Shown here: one piece after another, positions 10,150 through 24,240 of the stretch
Position numbering within the stretch: position 1 is the first letter of the stretch
Layout of the letters: every line of letters starts with the position of its first letter
Origin: Dipteris shenzhenensis
Taxonomy: Eukaryota
Assembly (NCBI GenBank): GCA_047967505.1
Contig: CM106538.1
Direction: 5' to 3' (one strand)
Length of the DNA: 64,000 bases
Made by a program: the position numbers and the translations under genes
Notes under the pieces: generated by a model
Databases searched by the model: none
What the model was told of the DNA's origin: nothing
The model's input: the letters and a program-made list of their open reading frames with translations, nothing else

Positions 10150-13100
10150 TCTCGACTACAACAGATATTGTTGGGTCTACTTTTTGAAAGAGAAATCTGA
10201 AGTGTTTTCTAGATTTCAAGAATTCAAAGCCATGGTAGAAAACCAGACAGGTAGAAAGATAAAGGTCATGAGATCATATAGAGGAGGTGAATACATGTCT
10301 TTAGCATTCATGAACTTTTGCATAAGTCACAGCATTCAAAGACAATTCACATGTGCAGATACTCCTCAGCAGAATGCAAGAGTAGAAGGAAGAATGGGAC
10401 TCTAGTAGACAGTGCTAGAGCAATGCTTAGTGAAAAGAATCTTCCGAATCAGTATTGGGCAGAAGGAATAGCCACTGCAAACTATTTGCTTAATCGGCTT
10501 CCTACCGAACCAATACAGGATATGACTCCTTATGAAGCATTCATTGGACACAATCCACACATTGGGCATCTATGCATATTTGGTTGCATAACATATGCCC
10601 ACATACATGATGATCATCGCAGAAAATTGGATGCAAAGTCACACAAATGCATCATGGTTGGCTACAGTGAAGAAAGCAAAACATACAAATTGTATGATCC
10701 CATCAACCGCAAAGTCATTATCTCCAAAGATGTACTCTTTGATGAGGAATCAAAATGGAAAACCTCACTTATACAGGAAATAGAAGCATCGACTTCACAG
10801 TCATCTACAGAACAGGTTGATGAAGAAGAGCAAGAATTGTCAGCAACACCCCAAGCAAAGCCACAATAGCTCAGATGGTCTACTAAGGAAAGCAGACCTC
10901 CAGCTAGATTGACATACGCTTAGAAAGGCAAAGCAATTTAGGTGGAAACCACCAACTATGCTCTTATGACTACCATCATGGCTACAGAAGAGCCAGTGTA
11001 CTTTGAAGACATAGTAGACAAGCCAGAATGGCAAACTACTATGAAGGAAGAAATGGATGCTTTGTATAAGAACAATACTTGGGAATTATGCGACCTTCCA
11101 CTAGGAAAGAACGCCATAGCAAACAAATGGGTATACAAAGTGAAGTACAATCTAGATGGAAGTATTCAGAGATACAAATCTAGACTAGTTGCAAAAGGAT
11201 TTACATAGCAATATGGTCACGACTATGATGAGACTTATGCTTCAGTATAGCAAAGATGGATTCCATATGGTTCTTGATATCACTAGCGACACTCAGCAGA
11301 TGGAATGTGTATTAGCTCGATGTCAAGAATGCATTTCTCAATGGTTATCTAGATGAGGAAGTCTACATGCAACAACCAATAGGTTATGTTGAACCAGGAA
11401 AAGAGAATAAGGTTTGCCATCTCAAGAAAAGTCTTTATGGCTTAAAGCAAGCACCCAAAAGTTGGTACAGTAGACTTGATAAGTATTTTGCTAATCTGGG
11501 ATACATGAAGTCTAATGCAGATCATACTCTCTATTACAAAGTTCAAGGGGAAGACATTACTATTGCACTTTTGTACGTACATGATCTGATTGTGACAAGA
11601 AGCAAGGATAACTTCATCATAAAATTGAAACTTAACTTATCTGCAAAGTTCGACATGAAAGATCTTGGACTTATGCACTATTGTCTTGGAATTGAGTTCT
11701 CGAGAGATTCAGATAGCACATTCATGAGTTAGCTCAAGTATGTTGATAGTCTCCTGAAGAAGTTTCATATGGCAGATTGCAAGATTGCAGCCACTCCCAT
11801 GGAACAAAGTTTGAAACTTACTAAAGATTCAGAAAAGCCTACAATCAATGACAGATACTATAGGCAGCTCATCGGATCTCTTATATATCTGACAATCACA
11901 CGACCAGATAGTTGTAATGCAGTAAGCTCACGAGCATAGTTTATGGCAAATCCAAAACAGTCGCACTGGAATACAGCCAAAAGAGTCTTGAGATACATCA
12001 AAGGTACAAGATAGTTTGGGATAGAATATAGAGGAAGCCATTCATCAAAAAATTGAAACTAGACTTATCTACAAAGTTTGACATGAAAGATCTTGGACTT
12101 ATGCACTATTGTCTTGGAATTGAGTTCTGGAGAGATTCAGATATCACATTCATGAGTCAGCACAAGTATGTTGATAGTCTCCTGGAAGAAGTTTCATATG
12201 GTAGATTGCAAGATTGCAACCATTCCCATGGAACAGAGTTTGAAACTTACTAAAGATTAAAGAAAGCCTATAGTCAATGACAAATACTAAAGGTAGCTCA
12301 TTGGATCTCTTATATATCTAACAATCACACGACCAGATATTTGTTATGCAGTAAGCTCACTAGCATAGTTTATGGCAAATCCAAAACAGTCTCACTGAAA
12401 TGCAGCCAAAAGAGTCTTGAGATACATTAGAGGCACAAAATAGTTTGGGATAGAATATAGAGAAAGTCATCCATAGTTGCATGGATACTGCGATAGTGAC
12501 TATGCCGGGGATCATGAGACCAGGAGATCGACACAGGGATATGCATTTTTTCCTTGGTCAAGTTGCTTTATCATGGTTGTCAAACAAATAGCCAATTGTT
12601 TCTTTGTCTTCAACTGAGGTAGAATATAGAGCACTCACTACAAGTGCATGTGAGGCTATATGGCTCAAAAGACTATTGTCAAAAACAAATTACTTTGATG
12701 AGTCAAAGCCAACAACAATATACTGTGATAATCAATTGGCTCAAGCATTGTCCAAGAATCCAGTATATCACTCCAGGACAAAGCACATTGATGATGTCAG
12801 AGAGCACTTCATCAGAGAAAGAGTATTACTTGGTGACATCACACTACAACATTATGATAGCAAAGAGAATGTTGCAGACATCTTTACCAAACCACTTGCC
12901 GGTAAAGAGCTATTCAAGAAACACCAACTAGCTCTTGGTTTGGCGCAGAGGAATGACATTCCCTTTAAAGGGGTGTGATGGAATGTAATGCTCAATCCTT
13001 CTTTGATTCCCTAGAATCATCATCTTTAGGGAAGGCCTACTTCATGATGTTGACCTTGAGGGAAGGTGTTGAGAGTTCACGCTCAACATCATGTGATCAT

Positions 13101-13323
13101 GTGTGCATAGCACCATCACGTGATCATATGTGCATAGCACTAACCCAATAGAATGCTATAAAGGAAAGGGTTAGATCCCCTAACCCTAGCCCTAAATGGG
13201 TTTGTATATGTTCTATTTTTGCAACTAAATCTAGTATACAATTAGTCATTTGTGGTGTGCTCTCTAGCTATGCCCTCTCTCCTTGTCTCCACTCTTCTCC
13301 TCTCCCCTCTTCATATTTTGTCA
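10150..13323 (+). mobile_element. Ty1/Copia element C, 3' half only (integrase, RT, RNase H, PPT, 3' LTR); defective
   Basis: RSYRGGEY integrase, YKSRLVAKG and SLYGLKQAP RT, and HSRTKHID...ADIFTKPL RNase H. PPT gagggaagg precedes the LTR at 13067-13323. Many stops and an internal 428-bp duplication. Confidence 0.92.
13067..13323 (+). repeat. 3' LTR of Copia C
   Basis: Runs tgttgag...ttgtca and matches the reverse complement of 38392-38621, with an extra ~27-bp tandem duplication at about 13088-13140. Confidence 0.9.
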
Positions 13324-14530
13324 GACAAGGTGGTCACAAAGATGACAAGGTGGTCATTGAGATGACAAGGTGACAAGGTGGTCACGAAGATGACAAGGTG
13401 ACGAGGTGGTCATGGAGATGACAAGGTGACAAGGTTGTCACTGGAAAGACAAGGTGACAAAGTTGTTCACTGAGATGACAAGGTGATAAGGTTGTCACTG
13501 GGACAAGGTGGTCATGGAGACGACAAGGTGACAAGGTGGTCATGGAGATGACAAGGTGATAAGGTTGTCACTGGGATGACAAGGTGACAAGGTGGTCACT
13601 GGGACAACAAGGTGACAAGGATGTCACTGAGAAAACTAGGTGACAAGGTGGCCACTGGGGTGACAAGGTGGTCACTAGGACAACGAGGTGGCAAGGTTGT
13701 CACTGAGACGATGAGGTGACAATGTTGTCACTGGGACGATGAGGTGACAAGGTTGTCAGTGAGACGAAAAGGTGACAAGGTGGTCACTAGGATGACGAGA
13801 TGACAAGGTAGTCACTAGGACGATGAGGTGACAAGGTGGTCATTGGGATGACGAGGTGACAAGGTGGTCACTGGGATGATGAGGTGACAAGGTGGTCACT
13901 GGGATGACGAGGTGACAAGGATGTCACTGGGAAGACCAAGTGATGATGGGGATAGAGGGACCAAGGGACATGAGTCCATGGGAAATGAGGTGACATGAGT
14001 GAACATGGTAAAGCAGGGTGAACATGGTGAAGGAGGGTGTCAAGGTTGTCATTAGAATGTCCTAGTGACAAGAGTGGTCATGGTAAAACAAGATGACAAG
14101 AGTGAACATGGTGAAGGAGGGTGTCAAGGTTGTCATTGGAATGACCTAGTGACAAGAGTGGTCATGGTGATGCAGGATGACAAGAGTGAACATGGTGAAG
14201 CAGGTGTGACAAGAGTGGACCTGGTGAAGCAGGGTGACAAAGTGAACCTTGGAGTTCTCAATGAAGCAAACTGATAAGGAGTGACAAGGATGTCACTGGA
14301 ATGACCCAGTGCAAAGTGAACATGGTGAAGCAAGGTGACAAGTGTAAGCATGGTGAAGCAAGGTGAACATGTTGTCACTGGGATGACCAGTGGCAAGAGT
14401 GAAGAGCTTGAATGGGTATGACATGGAATGGTGAAGTAGCGTGACAAGAATGAGCATGGTGAAGCAGGGTGAACACGTTGTCACTGGGATGACCAATGAC
14501 AAGAGTGAAGAGCTTGAAAAGGGATGACAT
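13324..14530. repeat. Minisatellite array downstream of Gypsy G integrase
   Basis: A ~28-bp unit (tgacaaggtggtcactgggatgacgagg) runs to about 13940 and then grades into a longer composite unit (gtgaacatggtgaagcagggtgacaag). Confidence 0.9.
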
Positions 14531-17500
14531 GGGTTACCTAAAACAGGTAACAGAATGAAAATAATGAGAAGATTGTCATCTTATGACCCAAGTGAAGGAG
14601 AGAGAACACCCCTTTTCTTTTTCTTTTTGAAAGTAAAAAGGGTAATACAAGAATCACCATAAGAGATATGCTTACTGAACATAATACTTCCATAACTTTG
14701 ATCCATTTACAGGTGCTGCTAACCTTTTCCCTTCCAAGGTGGCCAAGTAAACACCACCACTTGGAATAATTTTGGTGATGTAGAAAGGACCTATCCACCC
14801 ACTAATGAACTTAGGTTTATGATTCAGAAACTTACTCAAATATAACAAGACCAAGTCACCAACTTTGAACTCCCTCTTTTTGAGATTCCTATCATGCCAT
14901 GCTTTCTACCTCCTATGGCATACTTCCTAAGTAAGGATTGATTCACGGCGGCGATGTTCGTCTAAGGCTTCAAGATCCCATAATCGCTCAAGCGTGCATG
15001 CTTCCAAGTTATCATCCATCTTTGCCATAACCCTAGTGGTCTTCATGTGGAATTTATTAGGGCATAACCACCTCTAGGGCGTAAACTGGTTGAAATAGTG
15101 AGAGTACCTAGTGCTCGCCTTGTATATTGTCCTATAGGCAAAAAGTGTGGCTGGGAGTAGAACATAAATGACGCACAATATGAGATGAGTCCGATTGGAG
15201 CTCTCAGCCAAGCCATTGGCTTGAGGGTAGTATGAGCTAGATGTCTTGTGGATGATTTGTAGTTGGGTGATGAGGTCAACAAAATGACATCCTTGAGAAA
15301 ATGGGTACCTCTGTCACTCATCAATTCCACAGGACATCCAAATGATGAGATGATTTGATCATAGAAGAAGGAAGCCACAACTTGAGTGGTATATGTCTTC
15401 ACAACCTTAGCCTCCACCCACTTGGTGTCGTAGTCTATAGCAATCAGGGCGTACTTGTTCCCTCCTCTTTGAGTGGTAGGAGAGATTGGACCACAAAATC
15501 GAATCCCTATTTATAGAAGTGTGGTATAGGGCTGAATGGTTGAAGGGGAAGGTACTCCCATTGGGTAGGCTTTACCTCTTTGACATGAGTCATACTGGCG
15601 TACATGAGCATAGCAGACTTGGAGTAGCTTTGGCCACCACAACCCCGAGCGCATTATCTTTCTAGCTGCAGCCTTTGGTGCCATATGACCTCCCCCCATT
15701 CCTGAGTGAGCCTCTTGAAGGATGGCTTGTGTTTCATAAGGGAGCACACACCACCTTAAAATATGGTCTTTCCCCAACTTGTACAACTGACCTGCAATTA
15801 GTTTGAAAGGAGTAGCCTAAACAATGTGTTTGCTTTTGTGCTGGGCCCAGGCAGTCCTTTGGGGAACTCACCTATGGACAACAAATGTACAATGTTGCAT
15901 ACCATGGTGGGAAGCAAACCACCACAAACAAACAATCTTTTTTTGGTACTGTGACACAAACACGGAAGAGGCCTGCATCTGGAAGGTCATCATCAACTCC
16001 TATGGCTGCTTCACCTAAAGGGATCCTTGACAAGTGATTTGCAGGTTGATGCAATCGTCTTGCTCTCACTAGGATGTCAAATTCAAACTCTTGAAACAGA
16101 AGTATCGACCTGCTTAGTTTGCCCCCAAGTGTGGGTTTGTTCAGCAAGTATTTGAGAGCTTGATGATCAGTAATGATATTAAACTTATTGTCCCCGAGAT
16201 AATGCTGGTACTCTATCATGGCATAGACCATGCCCAAACCCTCGCATTCAGTGGTGCTATAATTTCTTTCTGCTCCGTTGATTTTCCTACTCGCAAAATA
16301 CACAGGTAGGTCCAGTTTGGGCTCTTCATTAGGTGGGGCTAATATAGCACCAATTGCCAATCCACTTGCATCTACATGTACATGGAAAACAACATCTCAT
16401 TGAGGTTTCCACAAGATGGGTGCCTTCATTAGATGGTCCTTGAGATTCTTAAACCCCAGTTATTGAGGCGCGGACCAGGTGAAGGACTATTCTTGGGGCG
16501 AAGGATTTCCATTAGTGCAACCGCTATGTCACATGTCCCAAAAAGGACTTGACTTCTCGAGGTGTGTGAGGAATAAGCAAGGTCAGTATCACCTCCACCT
16601 TTGTTGGGTCCATACTCATTCCTTTAGTCGAGACAATGTGGCCAAGGAGAACCCCTCGCAAGGTGAGGAAGAAGCACTTGTTAGGATTTAAGCACAACCT
16701 GGCTTCACTGCACTTATCAAAAATCCACCTCAACTTAATGATGTGATCAGTTTGAACAACAACGTTGAGGTGGGATGCGTTCTTACCATTGAATGCCGAG
16801 AAGTCATCCAAGAATACCTCAAGAAAATTTTTGATGTTCTCATGGAAGAGTTTGGGGACAAGACGTTGAAACATTGCTGGTGCATTGCACAAACCAAAGG
16901 GCATCATCCGATAAGCATATGTTTCCCATTGGGTGACGAAGGTGGTCCTCAACTGATCTTTCTCTCACATCCACACCTGGTTATACCCACTATACCCATC
17001 CATGAAGGAGTATAGAGAATGACCAGCTACGGTTTCTAGCACCTTGTCAATGAAGGGGAGAGGGAACCTATCCGGTGTGTGGCTATATTCAAACCCCTAT
17101 AGTTGACACAAACATAGAGTTTGCTAGTCTCTCTTTTGGGCACCACTACAATGCCACTGACCCATTTAGAGTATTCAAAAGGGTAGATCAACCCCGCATG
17201 CTCCATCTTTTGAATATCAACATGGACAGCCTTGCCATAGTTAGGATTCATGCGATATGGTCCCTTGATCACTGGGTCTATTGCTTCCAGATACAAATCG
17301 ATGCGACAATCATGCTCCCAAACCCAACTGGCTACCTTGAGATGCCATGGTGTGGTTAATCCTTTGTACCAATGTTGAGATACCACCAATCTCGGGCTTG
17401 GTCAACCTGGGGTATACTTGTTGAGGTGGAGTTGTTCGGTTCCTTTGTTGTCACTACTTGGTGCCTAGGAGTATCATCTAAAGGGAAATCCCCTACTATT

Positions 17501-18512
17501 TATTCCATCCAAGACCTCAAAAAGGATGCCTGGGTGTCCTCTTGAAATGGTTGAGATGTGGAGGCAGCACTTGGGGCCATTCTCTTTTTGCTTCTTTGTG
17601 CTTGCTTGAGCATTCCTCTGTACGGTAGTCCATCCACCTCATATAGCTTTGGGAATGTCTTGTGTCATTGGAAGATTAGCTTCCGACATGTATAAGTCAA
17701 GTAGGGCTAGGTCTGCAACATCTTCTTCTCCATGTATGCTATGGGCTTGCTCATCACATCTAAAGTTCTAGACTCCAGTATGAAAGTGAATGGTTCCTTT
17801 CAGTTGTCTTGCCTCTTGGTCCCTCCTAGGTTGGATAGAATGCGCAATGGAGTCAACTATCATTCCAAGAGTCATCTCCGTCGACATCAACTACCTTCGG
17901 GTAACATCCGTCAATATTATGTGGTTGTTCTCTTCTTCAGTATAGGAGGGATCCCATGGGTCTGTGGGTCCATGAGTGTCTCATTTAGTACTATCACCAT
18001 CAGTGTCTCCTTCAGCACCATCACTATGCCCAACCAAATCATCATCTTCCTGTATGGCATTAATAGTCTCATCAGATTCATCATCCTCTGTTGTTACTAC
18101 ATGGTCCTTCTCCTAGTGCGAGTCATGTGTCTCCATTGCTGAGTCATGGACTTGACCCCGCTAACCTCTCCACCACCTTGTCTGGTACTTGTGGTCATCA
18201 TCCACACTGATACATGTGGGGATTATTATAAAGACCAGAAGGCATCCGTTCATACATTAGATCAGCCAAACCAGGTGCAGCAGATGCTTCCTGGCTTACC
18301 TCTCACACCATCCATGAAGTACTAAGATGGGCATCAGGATCCTCTTCTAGGCATACCATATTGATGGCTAAGGATTCCATGGCCCCCATCCAATCCAAGA
18401 TGACATCTTCTTCCTCATCGGGTCCATCATGCTCAACAAGTACGTCAAACTCTCACCATCATCTTGTGCTACTGTTGCATAAGTTTGATCCTGGAAGGGT
18501 GAGTCCTCCACA

Positions 18513-18685
18513 TGTGGGGGTTAAAGGCCACTGTGCCCTTACCCCAGTTATGTACAATACTCAAACACATATATAAATGAATGTAAAAGAAGATTAGGGT
18601 GGTTCTGCACCCACTAAAACTTGTGTGGCTCTCTGTCTCTCTCTCTCTCCTTCTTTCGTTCTTGCTTCCGTTGAGAGCACTCTCA
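18513..18685 (+). repeat. 5' LTR of Copia B (173 bp)
   Basis: Runs tgtggggg...ctctca and is followed by the PBS. Confidence 0.96.
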
Positions 18686-20125
18686 GCTGGTATCAAAGCC
18701 CGAGTGATCTAGCTGAGCGTGCGTGAATGGTGGAAGCTCAGCAGCTCTATGGGAGGAAGGAGAAGCTCTGTGGGAAGCTTTGTGAGTGACTTTACTTGCA
18801 TCCGAGTGTGCAGAGACCTTGGAGGAACCTTTGAAAAAGTCACTTTGGCTTTGCGAAGTGGTTTTGAGAGCCTGTTAAGAGCTTTCAAAGAAAAAGTCGT
18901 TTTTTGAGCTTTTCCCTGTTCCGTTCGACGACAGAGACTCCATATTGACTTGTAGAGGCAACTATTGCTTGCTTTTGGTATCCACTTCACTTCAGGAGCT
19001 TGGAAACACCTTCATTCTTGAATCTGGGATCATTTCATTGGATTTCTGGCTCACTGTGTCAGTTTCTGCGTTTTTTGCCCAGGTGTTGGAACTCAAGTTT
19101 GGAGCAACCATTTGCAGATCTGTCAGTTCCGGTGGACTCAGGAGGTCCTAAAACTTCTATGTTGCTCATCATTTGCACTCCGGTGGAGTTTACAAATAGC
19201 TCTGTTTCCAAAAACGTTTTTCAGTCCGTGTGTTGGACCCATTGATTGAGACCACGGTTTCCAAAACCGTCTGTCCCATTGCGTTCCGGATGCCCAAAAA
19301 CCCCTACCTATCAGTTCTTGTGCGATTCGGTGGAGGATTTCCAGAGTTATAGATCTCTGTGTATTTGATTTCGTCTCTCTGTGATGCATTTTTCATTCTA
19401 AGGTTTTGAAACCTTAGATTTATGCCACATGGCAGTGGATAAGTGTTGACTCCCATTTCTCACTCATCGGTTGGGATTTTGGAGTTCTGGCAGAAGAGAG
19501 ATATTTGCAGATTTTCTTGCTGAGTCCGATTATGCAATGGCGCCCATGTTTTGAGGCATCTCAGGTTCTATTTTCAGTAGCGCTCATTACCGTGGGACTA
19601 TGATTTCTTGAGCATACCTTATGCAGATCTCTCTGGTTGTAGTTTGAGCAGTGTGCGCTCATTCGTGGTATGCATTGGGTTGCAGTGGATGATTTATAGG
19701 CCATTTAGATGCATTGCGGTCCTTGTTGGATGCGTTGATAGGCCCAAATTGCCTTGTGGGATGCTATTTTTTATGGACGCTTTGCACATGGATGCTATTT
19801 TATGCTACGGGACAGCTTTGACACATTGCAGATGATGCACTGATAGTGTTATGCTCTCTTGGATGAGATATTATTGATGCATATGCTAGTGGACGGTGTT
19901 TATGCTTGAGTCATTTGGCACTTATTGGCATTTTCTTTTGGGCCAGATTTGCTCATATGGATGCATAGTATATGCACATGAGTCAGATGCATCTTTTGAT
20001 GCTTTGAGCTTTGAGTTTTTGGTGATATTTCACTCTATTGTGGCATACACATTTGGGTGCACCTGGTATTTGGTGTGATTCTCTCTTGCAGGCACTAGCA
20101 TTTGGGATTTTGTTTCATTTGCATC

Positions 20126-23100
20126 ATGGCATCCTCTTCATGTCTGAAAAGGAGTTTTTCAACATTAAAAAGTTTGATGGGACAAACTTTTCTTTGTGGA
20201 AAGAACAAATAAGGGATGTGCTTATTCAAAAGAAGCAGATTAAACCCTTGGTAGGGATTGAAGCTAACCCTGCAAATATGTCTGAGGATGATTGGAATGA
20301 GTTGGATGCATTAGCAAAGTCTACTATTAGACTTCATCTTGCAGAGTCAGTTTATTTCACAGTAGTAAATGAGCAGACTACGGAAGATTTCTGGAAGAAA
20401 CTGTGTGCTACTTATGAGAAGGAAACTGCCTCTAATAAAGTTTACCTCATAAAGAGGTTGTTTGAGCTGCAGATGAAGGAAGGGGTCTCCATCGCTTCTC
20501 ACTTGAATGAATTCAATATTATTTTCAGCCAGCTTCAGGCTCAAAAAATGAATTTTAATGCGGAGACTAAGGCAATATTTCTCTTATGTTCATTGCCATC
20601 CTCATGGGATACCTTCCGTACAGCTGTCAGTAACTCTGCACCTAGTGGAGTACTGAAATTTGATGATGTTGTGGGTAGCTTGTTGGCCGAGGAGATTAGA
20701 CGGAAGTCTATGGATGGCAACAAGCAGGATGCAGCCTTAAATGTGCAAAGGGGCAGATCACAGTTCAGGGGGGAGTCCCAAGAAAGAGGGAAGTCACGTA
20801 GCAAATCCAGGGCACGGAACATTGAGTGTTACCATTGTGGCAAGAAGGGCCATATGAAGAAGGATTGCTACAAGCTGAAAAGAGAGCAAAAGGATAAGAA
20901 AAAGAATGCAAATTGGGGTGCAAATCAAAAGGAAGAGAGTCCAAGGGAGGACAAAGGAAAAGTGAAGATCAAGGAGATTAATGCAGTCACACATGATGGT
21001 GACAATGATGTTCTCTTCATGTCTAGTTTATCTACAGAGTTGCTTACCACTTCAGATGATGCATATTCCCAGGATTGGATTTTGGATTCTGGTGCTTCAT
21101 TCCATGTTACTCCCCATAGGGAATGGTTCTCCACTTATGACAATGGAAAGACAGGTTGTGTGCATCTTGGAAATGACTATGCATGTGACATAGTGGGAGG
21201 AGGTGACATAAAGTTTTCTTTTGCAAATTAGTGTACATTTGTTTTGAAACATGTGAGACATGTGCCTAAGCTGACCAAGAGTCTTATTTCAGTGGGTCAG
21301 CTAGATGATGGTTTCACACCACTTTTGGCTTTCAGAGTTAGAAAATTCAAAAGGGCTTTATGCTTTTGGCCAGGGGTGCCAAGTGTGGGACTTTGTATCC
21401 CTTACATGTATCAGGGGTATTTGATCATGTTGTTGCAATAACCGAGCAGCCAAGCACTTCTTTGTGGCATTGCAGGTTGGGGCACATGAGCCAGAATGGA
21501 ATGAAACTCTTATGCCATTTGGGTTATGTACCGCATTTGAGTTTCTCTTATTTTGAATTTTGTGAGCATTGTCTCTATGGGAAGCAGATTAAATCAGCCC
21601 ATAAAAGAAGGGGAAAGAAAGAGTTTGAAATGCTTGATTTGGTGCATTCAGATGTACGTGGTCCCATGCCTACACGGTCATTAGGCGGGGCTGAATACTA
21701 TGTGACATTCATTGATGATGCAACTAGGAAAGTGTGGGCTTATGCTATAGCTCGGAAGAGTGATGTGTTCTAGGTATTTCAGAAATGGCTGGCCTTGGTT
21801 GAGAATCAGTCAGGTAGAACGCTTAAATGCCTACGGACTGACAATGGTGGAGAGTATCTCTCTCATGACTTTCAGCATTTCTGTGATACACGTGGGATTA
21901 AGAGGGAGCTCACATCCCCTCGTACTCCAAAGCAAAATCCAGTTGCAGAAAAGATGAACTGTACCATTCAAGAAAGGTTGCAATGCATGCTTTCCAATGC
22001 AAGTCTTTCTGGTGGTTTTTGGGCTGAGGCAATGAAGACTGCAGTGCATGTGATCAATAGATCACCTAGTAAGAGTTTGGATGGTGGTATTCCTGAAGAG
22101 GCATGGAGTGGCAAGAAGCCCTCTTACTCTCATTTGCGTATATTTGGGTGTGAGGCATATGCACATGTGCCAAAAGAGCTTCGAAAGAAGCTAGATTCTA
22201 AGTCTAGGAAATGCATCTTTTTGGGTTATGGTGAAAGTGGAGAGATGGGCTATCGTCTTTGGGACCCAGAAGCAAAGAAGATCATACGCAGCCATGATGT
22301 AGTCTTCAATGAGAAAAAGATGCATAAGGCACCCATGAGGGATGTGGAAATGAGGAGAATCACTTTCCAAGATGTGAATCCACCTGCATATGTTGATAGA
22401 CAGCAAGCTGTCCATGCACCAAATGTGCAAGAAATGGTACCACCAAGTACTCCCACAGGTATACAATCAAGGGTAGATGATGGATCATCTATTGGTGGAA
22501 ATGATGAGCCAAATGTGGCTGATATGCGGTGGGACAGCAAGCTGAAATGTTCTTGAGAAGATCATCTAGAGTGTCTAGACCGCCTGATAAGTTTGTTCCA
22601 GGGGTAGACTATGTGATGCTTACTGATTGCGGGGAGCCTTCTTGCTACAGAGAGGCTATGATGCATGAGGATCAACGCAAGTGGGAGTATGCTATGCAAT
22701 CAGAGATGAGTTCACTTATGAAGAATAAGACTTGGGACTTGGTTTCTTTGCCACATGGAAAGAAAGCATTGCCATGTAAATGGGTCTACAAGATGAAGGT
22801 CACAGGTGATGATGTGCCTAGGTACAAGGCCCGTTTGGTTGCTAAAGGGTTCAATCAAGAGAAGGGTGTGGACTTTGATGAGATATTCTCTCCGGTTGTG
22901 AAGATGACCACACTTAAATGCATGCTTGGACTAGTGGCAGTAGAGGATATGGAGCTTATGCAGATGGATGTCAAGACAGCTTTCTTGCATGGGGATTTGC
23001 ATGAGGAAATTTACATGGTGCAGCCGGAAGGCTTTGAAGAAAAGGGCAAAGAGCATTTAGTTTACAAGCTAAAGAAGAGTCTCTATGGTCTTAAGCAAGC

Positions 23101-24156
23101 GCCTAGAGAATGGTATCAGAAGTTTGATGCTTTCATTCGGTTCCAGGGTTTTAGAAGGAGTGAAATTGATCACTGCCTCTACACTAAAAGGGCTAAGGAT
23201 AATAGCCTGATAATCTTGGCACTATATGTGGATGATATGCTATTGGCTAGCAAGAATACTTATGAGCTAGATGCATTAAAGGCCAAGTTGCATGAGGCCT
23301 TTGATATGAAGGATTTGGGATTTGCAGGTCATATTCTTGGTATGCGAATCACGCGTGATCGGAGTAGGAAACTCCTTTGGCTTTCACAAAAGAGTATGTT
23401 ACAAAAGTATTGCAGCGTTTCAATATGGAGGGGGGGAAGGCAGTGAGTACTCCATTGCCTCCATATGTGAAACTGAGTCATACAGATAGTCCCAAATCAG
23501 ATGAGGAAAGGGCCATGATGGCCAAGGTTCCTTATGCATCAGCAGTTGGGAGTCTTATGTATGCTATGATAGCTACTAGACCAGACATTGCATTTGCAGT
23601 GGGAGTTGTTAGCCGGTATATGGCTAATCCAGGAAAGAGGCATTAGGAGGCAGTTAAGTGCATCATGAGGTACATGAAGGGTACCAAGGAGATGTGTATC
23701 TGCTTTGGTAAAGGAGACATGCGTGTACTTGGGTACACAGATTCGGACTATGCAAGGCATGTGGATAGTAGGAGATCCACTTCTGGTTATGTGTTCACCT
23801 TTGTAGGTGGTGCAGTGTTGTGGATGTCTCGCGCACAGAAGTGCGTTGCTTTGTCTACCACAGAGGCTGAGTATGTTCCAGCCACAGAGGGTTGCAAGGA
23901 GGCTATATGCCTTGATCGGCTAGTGGGAGATTTGGGGATTCATACAGGTGTACCGACATTGCATAGTGATTCCATGAGTGCTATATTTCAGCTAGCACGG
24001 AATCCGGTCTTTCATGCAAAGACCAAACACATTGAGGTCAGGTACCATTTCATCAGGGAGGTACTTGAGGACAAGCGCATAGAGCTTGTCAAGGTTCATA
24101 AAGATGATAACCCTACAGATATGCTGACGAAGAGTCTACCTAGTCCAGCGATTTGA
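20126..24156 (+). pseudogene. Copia B gag-pol polyprotein (gag, CCHC knuckle, protease, integrase, RT, RNase H) with stops and frameshifts
   Basis: CYHCGKKGHMKKDC, WILDSGASFH, LWHCRLGH...CEHC, RTDNGGEY, LYVDDML and ADMLTK-like TDMLTK. TAG stops at 21229, 21771 and 23644, plus several frameshifts. Confidence 0.95.
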
Positions 24157-24240
24157 GTATTGTCGTGTATTGATGGGCATTGGATAGTATGCTCACTGGT
24201 TGTTCTCCCTTAAAGGCACATTGTCCTTTAAGTGGGAGGT

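Noticed and set aside
13324-14530. CRISPR-like array or coding ORFs in the repeat
   Set aside because: Units are contiguous and degenerate with no unique spacers, there are no cas genes, and the context is eukaryotic. The ORFs are by-products of the repeat.
14540-14630. PPT plus 3' LTR start of Gypsy G at 14608
   Set aside because: A purine tract followed by TG is present on the minus strand, but no matching 5' LTR copy was found upstream of gag, so the boundary is unsupported.
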